NCBI GenBank assembly: GCA_964106915.2
Contig: OZ066918.1
DNA length: 64,000 nucleotides
Strand: one strand, 5' to 3'
Source: Podarcis gaigeae
Lineage: Eukaryota
Every line of letters starts with the position of its first letter. The first letter of the stretch is position 1. Below, piece after piece: positions 1-12,261 of the stretch. Below the pieces are notes generated by a model. It ran no database searches. It was not told the DNA's origin and worked only from the letters and a program-made list of their open reading frames with translations. Made by a program: the position numbers and the translations under genes.

Positions 1-386
1 ATCTCAGGAACGTTTAAGACTGCAAAAATTCCATGGAATTTTAATGTGAATATATAAACAAAAGTATTAATCGGGTAAATACCTAGTAATTTCTACTTTC
101 TAAATCTTTAAGCCTCTTAAATGTAATTATCAAGTAATCTACAGAAGCATGTAATTAATGTGTGGATGCATGTTGCTGTACTGTGTAAGAAAATCCCATG
201 TATTTACTATATGATTGTATTCAAATTTCAGCACGTACCAGGAAAACAAAAGTTTCTTCAAAGAAAAAAAAGAGTATCAGCCTACAATAAGAATATATTC
301 TATTACTTTGCTTTTAAGGAAATATCTCTGAAGAATGTCAAGCACAATAAAGACATATTCCCCTAACATGAAAGCTCACAGAATGC

Positions 387-482
387 TTACAGTACAATCC
401 TATATATGTCAACTAAAAATTAAGTCCACTGAGTTCACTGGAACTTAAGTCTCAGGTAAGTATGTACAGGAATAGACCCTTA
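387..482. repeat. ~95-bp imperfect hairpin repeat (gcaatcct...aagtcccactga.ttca.tggga.tta...aggattgc family)
   Basis: Internal inverted symmetry. Related copies lie at about 1864-1944, 21205-21285, 32785-32890 and 60627-60705. Confidence 0.55.
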
Positions 483-2176
483 CAAGACCAAATGATGGCA
501 TTGTGGCCTCTTAGGAATGTTCATGTAACATGCAGTTATGCCCTTACAAGCAGAGCTGGCAACCCTTGGTGGATTGCACACACAGAGGAAACTGCAAGTC
601 AGCATGCTCTTGCTGCTCTAGGTTGACATTTAACAGAAAATACCAATAAACATACACACTAAAATCAGAAATACTATGCTTTGGGTTTGGAATATTTAAG
701 AGCCCAAATTAATCCCAACACAAAAAATTCAAGAGAAAGTTCTCATTTGAATGAAAGAAGGGGCATTTCCTCCTCTTGCAACGTTTCCCCTCTGGATTGC
801 ACACAGTCCAGCTGGAGTTTTAAGACAGTTTTAAGGAACCTATTTATTAAGTGTTAAGCCAATTTCCTCCATGCAGTCATTGCCTGTCCCTCCAAGTTTG
901 AGAAAACTGATATTTCAGACAACACAAGAATCAAAAACTTGGTAATGGCAGTAGGGTAAGGGAGGCAGATCAGAAATAGAATATAGATTAAGAAGCAACA
1001 TCAGGGAATTTCCCCCCCATGGTGCATATTTCTCATGCAGCTGAATGTATATGATATCTGAGGAGCAATTTCCTTAATATTTTTACTGCTTCTCTCTACT
1101 ATTTTTGCTCTTGCTGCTGTAGTACCTGTCATCAAAAACATATCTCCAACTTCACAACTTTTTGTCTCTCAGATTTTTTTTTACTCTGTCACTCACCAAC
1201 CACCTGCATAAAAACACACCTCAAGCTCCTGAAAATGCATTACTCTCACCAGCTTATTTCCATAGATTTAAGCTAAGGAGGATACTTGATTAGCAAACAT
1301 CTTTCACCAAAAGAATAATCATTGCTATGACATCGCTGCTCTGCTTTCACCAAGTGACTCAGATTATACATCTGCCTTCCTAGGAAGTATCATTTGTCCC
1401 TGTAGCATGACTCTGAGGCTATTGACAAGTGACTGTTCACCAAAAACAAAAATCTTTGTGAAATATTTATATGCACATTGGCTTTTATCCACCTATCCCT
1501 AGTACACATTCCAGAATAAGAAAAACCTGCTGTTTAACAGGATTATTGTGGCTGCAAATTCACTTACGAACATATATTCACCTATAACTTAGCTTCCACG
1601 TACACACAGTTTTCCATGGTTACTCAGTTGTGGCTTACTTCATCTACAGATTGTAAGCCATAGTGAAGCTCAGGACATTGTGGTGACACTGCCCATCTAC
1701 TGCAAACACACTCCCTGCTTTACATATATGCTTTAATTTAATAGAGTGGCACATATTAAAAACGATAAGACTGTACTGGTGTGGGGAGGATAGCTGGAGA
1801 GGGGCATGTATAAGGAAGACATCCATTTTGGGCATGTGTCTATATTATTCTGAGACAACATGTAACAGCTCAATCCTAACCATGCCTACTAAGAAATAAA
1901 TCCTGTGGAATTCAGTAGATATGTGGAGCTAGGACTGCAGTCTAATGACAAACTTAGAAGAAAGTCTCACATTTATATGTAAACATGCCTAGGGGTTGGC
2001 GCCTTTGTTAAAATAAATTTAATCATTAGATTTTACAGCCAGAGCAACACTAACACATCAGTGTCACTCCAGAAACCAGATGAGATCATTTGGAACCCCA
2101 GAATCATGGGGGAACTTTGGGTAGGGATAATTTCATTAGTATTGCTTTAGAAGCATGTGAATGATATCCATTTATA

Positions 2177-2256
2177 CAGTGTGAGTCTTTTAAAAGAGGC
2201 CCCATGGTACATCTGCACTCTGTACCCATGGGGCCTCTTTTAAAGGACTCACCCTG
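2177..2256. mobile_element. 80-bp Tc1/mariner-type MITE (near-perfect hairpin)
   Basis: TA|CAGTGTGAGTCTTTTAAAAGAGGCCCCATGG...CCATGGGGCCTCTTTTAAAGGACTCACCCTG|TA, with TA target duplication. Confidence 0.85.
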
Positions 2257-2431
2257 TATATTCCCTCCTCCCGAGGACTTTAAATAATTTCATAAAGTTC
2301 CCAATAGATGAACCAGAATCCCCCCATTTTGTAGGCTGTGTAACTGGGGCAGCCTTTGGTACTTTTGAGAGATAAGGATATGCAAATTTTAGGGAGTGTA
2401 TTACTGGACCACTGAAGTTTGATTATCTAGA

Positions 2432-2569
2432 TGAACTGTTTCCCAAACTTGGGTCTCCAAATGTTTTTGGACTACAGTTCCCATCATCCCTAGCCACTGG
2501 TCCTGCTAGTTAGGGATGATGGGACTTGTAGTCTAACAACTGCTAGAGACCCAAGTTTGGGAAACCCTG
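2432..2569. mobile_element. Palindromic hAT-like MITE (ggactacaa.tccc / gggagttgtagtcc family)
   Basis: tttcccaaacttgggtctc ... gagacccaagtttgggaaa inverted arms with tctag/tctat flanks. Related degenerate copies lie at about 14803-14937, 21475-21600, 43820-43905, 52590-52690, 55230-55520 and 60470-60590. Confidence 0.75.
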
Positions 2570-4497
2570 GTCTATAAGCTGCTATGTTCCTCCCCAGAAT
2601 GTTCCATTCTGAAGGGATGGGGGGCAGAAGTGAACAGGAGCTGTCATTTTGTTCACAGAATACCCTTTGGAATGAAGCATTTGGAGAAAGCATAGTGGCC
2701 TTCAGCAAATTGGAGCTTAGCTCCAGTAAGTCTCACCCTTCCAGATTCCTCCTGAAAATAAAAAAGGGAATCAGTTTTGCCCCTTCTTTCACCCTCACCC
2801 ACCAAATTCAGGCTGAAGTTTGGAACTGCCAGAAGTTTGACCCAATAACAGCAAAGATACTTCGCCATAACTGAATTGTCTAAAAAATTCCACCAGCTAC
2901 TGGGAGACGTGAGGCGTTCCAATATACATTCAGCATGGATGCAAAATAATTATACTTCATGCAAACACAATCTATTTTTAATGATAATATTATGTTATAC
3001 AAAAAATGGCTTGAGACATATGCTACTAGCAGTTGTGAAAGCATTATTTGCCTAATTCATTTTTTTATTTGGAACATAAACCTCCCAATAAATCTACACT
3101 ATATAGCCCTATACATAAGCAAGAAAATATATGCATTAAGAAAAAAATGCATATGGTAGTTTTACTCAAAGTATATTATCCTTAACAGTGAATTACATCT
3201 GCAGATTCCAGTACTTTCCTCTGAAAAGGGATAAAAAGTACATAAAGCTTTATAAAATATTAATTTTCTTATAGTAATGGAAATTTCTTGAGGTCTGGCT
3301 ATTCCCAGAAAAACTAGCAATTTTCTGTTATTTCCCCCAGGAAATAGGCCATAATTTGCTGCATTTCTTGAATACAATTATTTAATATGTTGGAAGATAG
3401 AATTTGTTAATGATGTGAGTACTTTGCATTCCGGCACCGAATAATTATAGAAATTGTGTCACATGACTGCTATTGTGAAGTCTGAATTTCTTAAATGCTC
3501 TTTTTCTTCAAAGATAAATATTATTTGAGTCCTTTTCACAAGTTCTAAGTCTTAGCTAAGCATTTCAGCTGATACAATAAGATACTGAGGTGGCATTGTA
3601 AAGAATCCCACATACTTTTCTCAGAGACACATGCAGGAAAATAATGTGTGCAGTATTTTTCTTCATGGAGGCTACTTTAAGAATAAATGACCTTTCTGTT
3701 CAAAACTAATAGCAAACAAAATTGGTCCCAATTGTGTGCCGAACAAAAGAAACGAGAAGTAGTACAGTAGCTTCAATCAGATGCATTTTTCTCCATTTCA
3801 GCCTCACTGGTCTGTGAGCAGCAGGGAAGCATTAAAACATAATCAAGGTTTATAACAAAGGCACACAACTGTGGAGAAAATCACAAACCCACTCTTTAAT
3901 TTGTAACAGGTCAGGTCAAGAATAAAGTGTGGCTTTCATATTTTGGATCACCAAAGCTAATGTGCTTTAAACTGGGATCCAGATACATGATCGGATGCTT
4001 TCTTTCTTTTTTAACAGTACAGAGATTCTGGCAGTATACCTAACAGGAAAATCTCTCTCTCCCCCCTTCCCCCTCTCAACATCTGACAGATCAGCTCTAC
4101 AGTTAAAGCACAACAGGTGTATGCATTTGAAGTGCCATCCAGATAGATTAGGATGCACTGTTAGCAAAGTCTATTGTAAAATAAAATCTTCTAAGACTTT
4201 TTTTATTGGGGGTCTGATTACTTGATGATTCATTCGGCAACCCATGATTTTCTGGTTCTCAGGAATGGTTAGAAAAACCAGGTGGAATCGATGAGTCCCC
4301 TTTTCATTCCTGATCTTTAGAATGGGAAGTTTGATTGCAACTTGAAAATGGTACCTTCTTCATGTATGGTAGGTAAAAGCAAAGTAAATGACTTTCTCAT
4401 CATAGCTCCCCAGCTATAAAATGCCTTTCCAGTGGAGATTTGCCCAGCAAAATGTTTTTGTTTACCTAGGCATTTTAACTTGTGCACATTTTAATTA

Positions 4498-4916
4498 CCG
4501 TATTTTTCGCTCTATAAGACGCACTTTCCCCCTCCTAAAAAGTAAGGGGAAATGTGTGTGCGTCTTATGGAGCAAATGCAGGCTCCATGGCTTCAGCGAA
4601 AGCAACGCAAAGCCTCTGGAGCGCAGCAAGAGCGCTCCCGCTGCGCTCTGGAGGTTTTGGGCGGCTATCCCTGAAGCCAGGAGAGCCCTCTTGCTCTCCT
4701 GGCTTCGCTTCGCTGGAGAGGCACTGCACAGTTTTCCCTCTCTGTGCAGCACCTCTTCAGCAAAGCGGGAGGAGAAATGGAAGGGGCTCCGCTTCTCCTG
4801 GCGCTTCGCTGAAGGGAGCTGCGCAGAGAGGTAGAGAATATTTCTTTTCTTGTTCTCCTCCTCTAAAACTAGGTGTGTCTTATGGTCGGGTGCGTCTTCT
4901 AGAGCAAAAAATATGG
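4498..4916. mobile_element. Tc2/pogo-type non-autonomous DNA transposon (MITE)
   Basis: TA|CCGTATTTTTCGCTCTATAAGACGCAC ... GTGCGTCTTCTAGAGCAAAAAATATGG|TA, with GC-rich internal repeats. Confidence 0.88.
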
Positions 4917-7499
4917 TACTAATGTTTTATCTGTAGTTTGTGTTTATGTTGTGATGTAATGAACTGTGCAGTGACTTGAAATTCTAAACAGAATAAAGGA
5001 TGGTATAAAAAGCTTATAAATGAACAAATAATACCCCACCCCTATAAGAGAAAGTAAATTGAATAAAATGGGACTGTAATAATTGTATCATCTGTGAAAG
5101 TACAATACAGTGGACATTACTATGGCATCTCTAGAAGATTTGGGTTTCCAAATCTTCCTTTGATTTTCTATAATTGGTTGAAAGCTGATGTTAAAATAGG
5201 GGTGCCAGATGATACCTAATATAGTGCTATGTTATCCAGCAATGCATGTCCCATGGCCAAGATAGTTCTATATTTACTCAGAAGTCCAAATGATCAAAGA
5301 ACCCCTACAGTTTTAATTATATTATTTCTTATTGTTCCTTGGTTAGTACAGCAGTGCATCACTGATGAACTGTGGTTTAATTTTGCTTAACTAGTCATTT
5401 CCTGATCTTTAATTAGATTTCTATCATGATTTATTAATCTTTTTATTACAAAGTACGACTGTTTCACACTAAAAGAATGAAAGGAAGCCATTAATTAAAT
5501 TAATTCTTGAGGGAGCAGGAATCGATCTATTATGGGGCAATTAATGGACAGTTCATTAGTTGAGCTGGATAGAAAACCAGGGTCAGAAGATACAAGTAAG
5601 AAACTTCTAATTAAAGGCACTGTAGCCCAGAAAAGACTTAACAACACTTTGCCATTTTAACAAACACATTGTGTAATAAGAGAGAATTGGACAGCAGAGG
5701 AAAAACTGGTATGCAATAGGTCAGAAATTGGTAAATTTTCTCTAAAAATAAATAGATGGACAACAGATGGAATTACCAAACTAAACTCAGTACAAAAGCA
5801 ACCCTGATCTCTTTCTATTGTTGTATATGATCCACTTCAAAATGGAACTCCTGCCTGGCTCTAACCATCAGTATGAGAAGGAGCGGCTGTAGGGTGGTTA
5901 TCCCACACCCTGCTGGAAAGACCATTCAGATCCAACAGCGTTGGCTAAAGGGAACTGCACGCTGCCTCCATCCATCAACCGGAGGAGTAAGAGCTGTTTA
6001 ATTGTCATGTGTGTTGTTTTCTATTATTGCAATGTGTTAGAACAGTGACTTCAAAATGTGAAACAACAAATAAAATGGCTGCTTTGTTATGCATGCAAAC
6101 TTTCTCTGATATAATTATGGAGTTTTGGAATATCAGTATTTTGAAAATCATCCACTACACAGTCTTGCAGTTGCCACAAGTACATGTAGAAGCTGATGAG
6201 CTGGGATGTCCAAGTCAATGACTAATCTTATGAAAGCCCTGCCCCCACCATTTTTCTCCCTTAAAAAGTACAACTGAGATTGGGATGTTGCAGGCCATAC
6301 ATTACTTCCTTTATGACGGAGATGATCCACTGGTGGAGATTTAAATATATGAAGCAGAGCTAATATTCAGTAAATTTCTAGTAGAATATCCAGTAGGAAT
6401 TTCTAATAGAACACCAGTATGATCAAAATTCCACCCTGCACAGAAACTAAAGTGCTAAAAGTATTGAACCATCTAAATATCCAGATCTGTTAATCCAAAT
6501 ACAAAAATGCAGGGCCTAACAATGTGCATGCTTATGCTTGACAAGGTTTGCAGATTGTGCACTTGAACAGACAGAGCAGGGGGGATTTATGATTTAATGC
6601 AAGCTTTTATATAAAATTTGAAAATGGGAAAACTTAATGAGAATTTTCATTATTAGGAAACCATCCACCATCATGAAAAATTAATTATTTATGGTAAGAA
6701 GATGCATGATACTGTGTCTTTTATTGCAATTTCTCCACATATCACTAGGCCTTTCTCTCTTTTTCTTTTTTCTTGATCAGTGGAAAAATCAGAGATAACC
6801 AAATACTTCACTGAAGCATAACGTCAAGGAGATAGTATTTGAAAAAAACTCCAGATTTTTAATAAATGCAGGGGGTGGGAAATTACAGAATTTCTTAGCT
6901 CAGTATCGATGGACCTAAGTTATCTGATTATATAGCTGTATCCTAGTTTTAAAGAACAGCATTTATCCCACAGGTACAGATTATCTGAATAATTTACAAA
7001 CTCCCTTTAGTGAATGCATTCTACCATTTAATCCTCAAAAGCAAAATACCTGTTGTATATCCCAGGGTGTTACGCACTACTTACCCTCTTTGCTAACTTA
7101 TAATGGTAAAGGTTATTTCCTCTGTATGACATTTTTTGAGCAATTGATTTATTTTGCAATTTGATAGTGCCCTTGCATAGAACCAACTTATTAAAGAGGA
7201 TCAGAGACACTGATAGACCATGTCCAACTCAATGCAATAGGCTAGAATCTGTTGACCCTATCCTGCTTATCAGCAGCTTTCATGATCAATGGGACTAAAT
7301 ACAAAGACCTGTGTAGAATGTTATACTAGGAAGTGATATAACAAAAGTCTTTTGCCTTACATATAATTGCTACAAAAAGAAGTGTTTACATCTCTGTTCT
7401 CATCAAAAAGTTTCTCTGGGGATGGCCCTGCCCTAATTGTTTTAAATTCTTTAAATTGCTTTTTAACATGTGTTTTATAGTTTGGGTTTTTGTTTTAAT

Positions 7500-8010
7500 T
7501 ATTAGAGGTAAGATGTGCCTGGGAAGAGAGGAGCAGGGGGGACCCCAATCACGGTGGTTCTGGATAAACCTGGGTATGGTGTGGGGGTGAGGCAGGCTGG
7601 GAAAGGGGCAAATAGCACAGTTAGTGCACCAGCTCCTGCTCCAACTTTGGGTATTGTGGCTATCCTGTCAGCCAGCCCTTGGGTCTGTTGAATGCCAGAT
7701 TGGCTTTGAATACCACCTCCCACAACCATGGTCTGACTGTGAATGAGGAGATCCCTCTGCTCTGTATTTCTCTGAAATGTGGATGAAGTGAGCAAGGCAG
7801 AGTTGGTCTCACCCAGCTATGTCCACTGGGGACTCGGTCAGTACAGCATTAGAGCAGACTTGAGGCTGTAGAGATTCCATCTTTTTGGGCTCTCTGTCGA
7901 GTTGAATGGGGGTCAGGAATGTTTGCTTCTGGCACTGGGTAATCAGGACAGATTGTGGATTCTCCTGGTTTACTGCCCACCTCACTGCCTAGCAGTCTTC
8001 CTGCTTTGAT
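7500..8010 (+). mobile_element. Degraded L2-like LINE fragment (endonuclease region)
   Basis: Decayed coding motifs resembling the squamate L2 EN (..E.W..E..GVGL.QLCP.G.SVQH..R, then ..D..GILLVY.PP.C). Confidence 0.45.
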
Positions 8011-8409
8011 AAAGGGCAGTGATTCTCTTGGATTCTGAGTAGCATTCACAACCATTGGCAATTGTATCATATGAGGGCTGATTATTGGAAGCAATGCACC
8101 ATAAGAGTTCAGCTCGTTTTTAAAATATGTAAAAGTATTCAATCACTGAGTTTGAGCAGGTTTTAAAAGACTGTGGTCGATTTGTTTCTGAGTGGTTTTT
8201 AAAATGTTTTATGACTGCTGATTTCCCACCTCCACCCCTCTAAATGATTACCTTTTAATTTTCTTCTTCCATTCATAAGCTGCTGCTAAAACCTAGGCTG
8301 ACATAGTATTGGGCATCAGTAATAAATGAATAAAAGTTTGAAAATAGATTTTAGTAACCTTTATTGTGGGCAAAAACAACCAACCTCTAAGAAGGAAGCA
8401 AATCCTGAC

Positions 8410-8791
8410 CTGGGAGAAGAGAGGGTTGAAGAAGACTGGAAGAAATTTAAGATCTATCTACAAAAATATTGTAATTTGGTTGAATGTTAAGAAGGATGCT
8501 AGATCATAAATAATTGCCTACCACTGAATTAGATTCGAATTTGACGATAAGTGAGATTAAGGAAAATATAAATCTTTTGGAGAACTGCTAGATTCTACTT
8601 AAATGAGCGGATATAAGATTGTAAACAAGATGGTAATTTGCTTAGAAAAACCTTTTTTAACGATGCAAGTGAGAGCGGGAGATGTGAGGGAGTCCAAAGA
8701 AGTGATGAAATTATGCTATGATATAAATAATGTTGTTTATTATTAATGCATTTGAATTTGAAAATCTTAATAAATATTTTTTTAAAAAAAA
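8410..8791 (+). mobile_element. L1-clade LINE 3' end (ORF2 C-terminus, 3' UTR, A-rich tail)
   Basis: Encodes LGEERVEEDWKKFKIYLQKYCNLVEC*, followed by aataaa and an A-rich tail. 22-bp TSD taagaaggaagcaaatcctgac at 8388-8409 and 8792-8813. Confidence 0.8.
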
Positions 8792-8848
8792 TAAGAAGGA
8801 AGCAAATCCTGACAGGGTTTTGCCAAAGGCATATTTCAAATGGCTTCC

Positions 8849-8873
8849 ATATATATATATATATATATATATA
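8849..8873. repeat. (TA)n microsatellite
   Basis: Direct reading. Confidence 0.95.
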
Positions 8874-9052
8874 TTTGCTTTCGTAGATTTTCACGGGTAC
8901 AGGAATGCAGGTTTTGGTGTCCTCGGGTGTCTTCCCGTGTAAAAGTTGGGGTGTCTAGGCGACGTTTCGACGAGGTCTCACTCGTCATCTTCAGGCTGGT
9001 GCTTTCGGCTTCTTGTTACTGGAACAGAGCGGGATCTCAATGTTTGAGTTCC
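8874..9052 (-). mobile_element. Penelope-like element pseudo-LTR remnant inserted in a (TA)n tract
   Basis: CpG-rich 180-bp island bracketed by (TA)n on both sides. It carries a CTGAAGA-stem-GAAACGTC hammerhead motif typical of PLE pLTRs. Confidence 0.7.
8955..9000 (-). ncRNA. Minimal hammerhead ribozyme motif (PLE type)
   Basis: Minus strand reads ccagc-CUGAAGA-U-GACGAG-ugagac-CUCGUC-GAAAC-GUC-gccuag. Core nucleotides and a perfect 6-bp stem II are present; stem I is weak. Confidence 0.65.
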
Positions 9053-9364
9053 TATATATATATATGCTTTCATTCATATATATATGAATGAAAAGGAGCT
9101 CAATAACTAAACTTTATGCTGCTCTTTCAAGGTGGCTTTAGCAATAGCACTTCAGTCACTGCCCCTCCATTAACATATCTAGGTGTCTCAAACAATATGC
9201 ACCAGCTGTGCTTCGAATTATACATGCCACAAACAGCTAGCACTCTTTGCATCCCCATCTCAAGGTTGCTTCCACAGAACAGCCCTTTTTGTGTTGCTCT
9301 TTTGCAATCAGCTGGAAGTGGAATTAAATTCAAGGCTGAAATGAAGCACTCCCTCCAAAATATG

Positions 9365-9708
9365 GTAAAGGTAAAGGGACCCCTGACCATTAAGTCCAGT
9401 CGTGGCCGACTCTGGGGTTGCGGCGCTCATCTCGCTTTAATGGCTGAGGGAGCCAGCATACAGCTTCTGGCCCATCTGGCCAGCATGACTAAGCTGTTTC
9501 CGGCAAACCAGAGGAGAGCATGGAAACGCTGTTTACCTTCCCGCCGGAGAAGGTATCTACGTGCACTTTGACGGGCTTTCAAACTGCTAGGTTGGCAGGA
9601 GCAGGGACCGAGCAACGGGAGCTCACCCTGTCGTGGGGATTCGAACTGCCAACCTTCTGATTGGTAAGTCCTAGGCTCTGGTTTAACCCACAGCGCCACC
9701 CGCGTCCC
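9365..9708 (-). mobile_element. Sauria SINE (Squam1), full length
   Basis: Minus strand begins GGGACGCGGGTGGCGCTGTGGGTTAAACC, has a B-box-like GTTCGAATCC and ends in (ACCTTT)n. 11-bp TSD tccaaaatatg at 9354-9364 and 9710-9720. Confidence 0.93.
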
Positions 9709-12053
9709 ATCCAAAATATGTTACCCTACCTGCAAACTCGCTCTTTGCACTTCCTGCTGCTTCCAGCTTCTACTTTCCCTGTAGGAAACTAAGTAACTTG
9801 AAGCATAGTAAGCAAAATACCCTGCAGCAGGGTACTTAGAAAAAGAACCTAGCAGCATGAAGGCTAATTCCTGCCAGCAAGAGGAGGTGGCAATGTGAAC
9901 CTCATATAGACAATGGTTAGTGCAGAAGTAAAGGGTGTTCACAGCATGTAAAGAGCAGAGCAAACTTTGTTTCCTTTGTTGGTCTTCTACCTTGGACTTG
10001 GAAGATCAGAAGGTTTGTCAACACACAGAATATTACTATGTGAACTGGCATTTCATAACAAGATGTATCATCAGCTGCAGTGCCCATTAACGCCTTGTGG
10101 AGAGAAAGGTGTAGGAGAACATATGGGCAAAAACTGAGCATTGCAAATAGGAATGTATAAAAACCGTTGAGAGAGCATTTTTACCTCAGTTCATACTAGT
10201 CTAGCTTTCCAACTTAACAGAAAAATGTCAAAGGGCAACTGGGAGTGAGACGATGTACAGCCAGAATTTATTTAAAAATCTGATTGTATTCATGTGAGGT
10301 CACTATCCTAACAAAAATGATAAATTGTGAGGCATGTATATTGCATCCATGATATGCCTGAGCTCTGGCAGTCCTGGTGTGCTTTGTTTTTCCATTACCT
10401 TTAAAGTATGTCTGCATTAGCTCCCATTCAGGTTGGTTTCTTTGGCTTTCATTTCAATTTGTCTCTCATTGTCTCCGATTAGCCCTCCTTTGTTTCTGTG
10501 CTGAGCTTTAGGCACTTCCAGTACTGTATGTGTGTACCTCAAGCTCAGCAGAGGAACTCAAAAGACAAGATGCACCATGTAGAAGAAACAAATCATCTTG
10601 CTGATGTAGGAAGCTGGGACCTCCTGAAAGGCAGGAGACATGAATCTCCTGCCAATCAGTTTCATAGGATGGAGCCTGAGGTCAAAAAATTTTATGAGGG
10701 AGAAAACTTTCCCCCTCTGGTTTCTCCACATCAGGCATTATATATATATATCAGTTGTCCCCCCCCCCCCAAACAGCTCTGTAATATCCTTTGCAAGGTG
10801 TGGCATTTCTTGCAGCACCTGCCCCATCACCATGAGAAACACCGAATGCATCAATTACAACTTGCCTCTCCAAGGGCCACTCAGATGAAAATCACGCAGC
10901 CGCTACCGAGTCATCCCCAGGCATTCAATAACTGTGATCCTTCTTCTCACATGACACATTTACTTGCCTGAGTGCACACCTGGGAACAGCTGGGAACACT
11001 CACACAAATATAAAACTATTGTCTCAGCCAGCCTCCTTTTGTCTTCTTCTGGATATTGCAGTTCTAACAAACTGCATTAGGATTCTCTTCAAAGTCCCAG
11101 ACACAATCTGTTATTCACACTTCTTTTTCATCATTTTCTCATATGACGACTAATCTGCACTTTCTTCATTGTAGGCAAAAAGATGAGGATATTTGATGGG
11201 AATCATTTGTCTAGAGAACGGATAATGGATTTGCCTGCAGTTCTTTTAACAAAAACCAATCAGAGTATCTTGGACTTTGTGATATTGATCCAAAAATTCA
11301 TCAACAATAAACAATAAAAAAGAATTATTTTCTTTCCCCCTCAACTCACACCTTTGTACCTAGGCTAGGCAGGCATCTGTATATGTAACAAATAACATGG
11401 TGCACAAAGCTGTGTTACAGATGATTTTATCCTCTCTTTTTTTATTTCCACACAGCTTTAATATAATATTCCTAAATTATAAATGACTTGAGGTTTGCTT
11501 CACAGCCATTCCTATATGGATACTGTATTTCCATGTCCTCAATATCTGAATGAAGCACACAGAAATTTAAGTGAAAATTACACAAAATATGTGGCAGAAT
11601 CGTAATGAGAGCCAAAATAAATGTTCTTAGGTGGACATTATTGGTGCAAGAAAGGGGTTTGTGGGGTGGGATGGGGACATCTCAAAAACATTCCTTTTCC
11701 ATCCCCGAATGTCTGCTACTCTGCTGTTAACTTGCTGCTCCAGGCAGCTCCATTAATGCCTTCACCACCACCAGGGGGGCTTCTCCCATGCAGACCTATT
11801 ACAGCCAATTGTGTGAGATCTGGCATTGTGAATGTGATGATTTCACAATGTCAAATAGCAATTCAGAAGTGGCACTGTGACAATGTCACTGAGGGCAAAT
11901 GTTGCCAGGTTAGAGGGAGGACAATATTTTCACATCACCTTACCATCACTCTGCAAGTAAGGATGGCGGGGAGAAAGAATGAGACCATGCTTGCCCTGGA
12001 TGCATATCAAGTGTGCAAGAAAGGAGAATATGACTGCTGTAGTGGCAGCCACT

Positions 12054-12261
12054 CCCTGGAAAAGACCCTGATGTTGGGAAAGATGGAGGGCACAAGGAGA
12101 AGGGGACGACAGAGGACGAGATGGTTGGATGGTGTTCTCGAAGCTACTAGCATGAGTTTGACCAAACTGCGGGAGGCAGTGGAGGACAGAAGTGCCTGGC
12201 GTGCTCTGGTCCATGGGGTCACGAGGAATTGGACACGACTAAACGACTAAACAACAACAAC
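12054..12261 (+). mobile_element. BovB/RTE LINE 3' end
   Basis: Encodes LEKTLMLGKMEGTRRRGRQRTRWLDGV...WRALVHGVT. Ends in a (CAA)n tail. 13-bp TSD agtgg(c/g)agccact at 12041-12053 and 12262-12274. Confidence 0.92.

Noticed and set aside
4421-4922. Several overlapping 85-137 aa ORFs
   Set aside because: They come from the GC-rich, stop-poor interior of a MITE and have no transposase motifs.
9068-9093. Palindrome tttcattcatatatatatgaatgaaa
   Set aside because: Short, centred on a (TA)n tract next to a PLE insertion; most simply a local repair or slippage by-product.
10498-10971. 157-aa ORF
   Set aside because: Non-ATG start, crosses (TA)n and poly-C tracts, no recognisable protein features, and antisense to the host intron.
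11621-12250. 209-aa ORF as a host gene
   Set aside because: Chance fusion of non-coding sequence to the BovB ORF2 C-terminus; only the last ~65 aa are recognisable.
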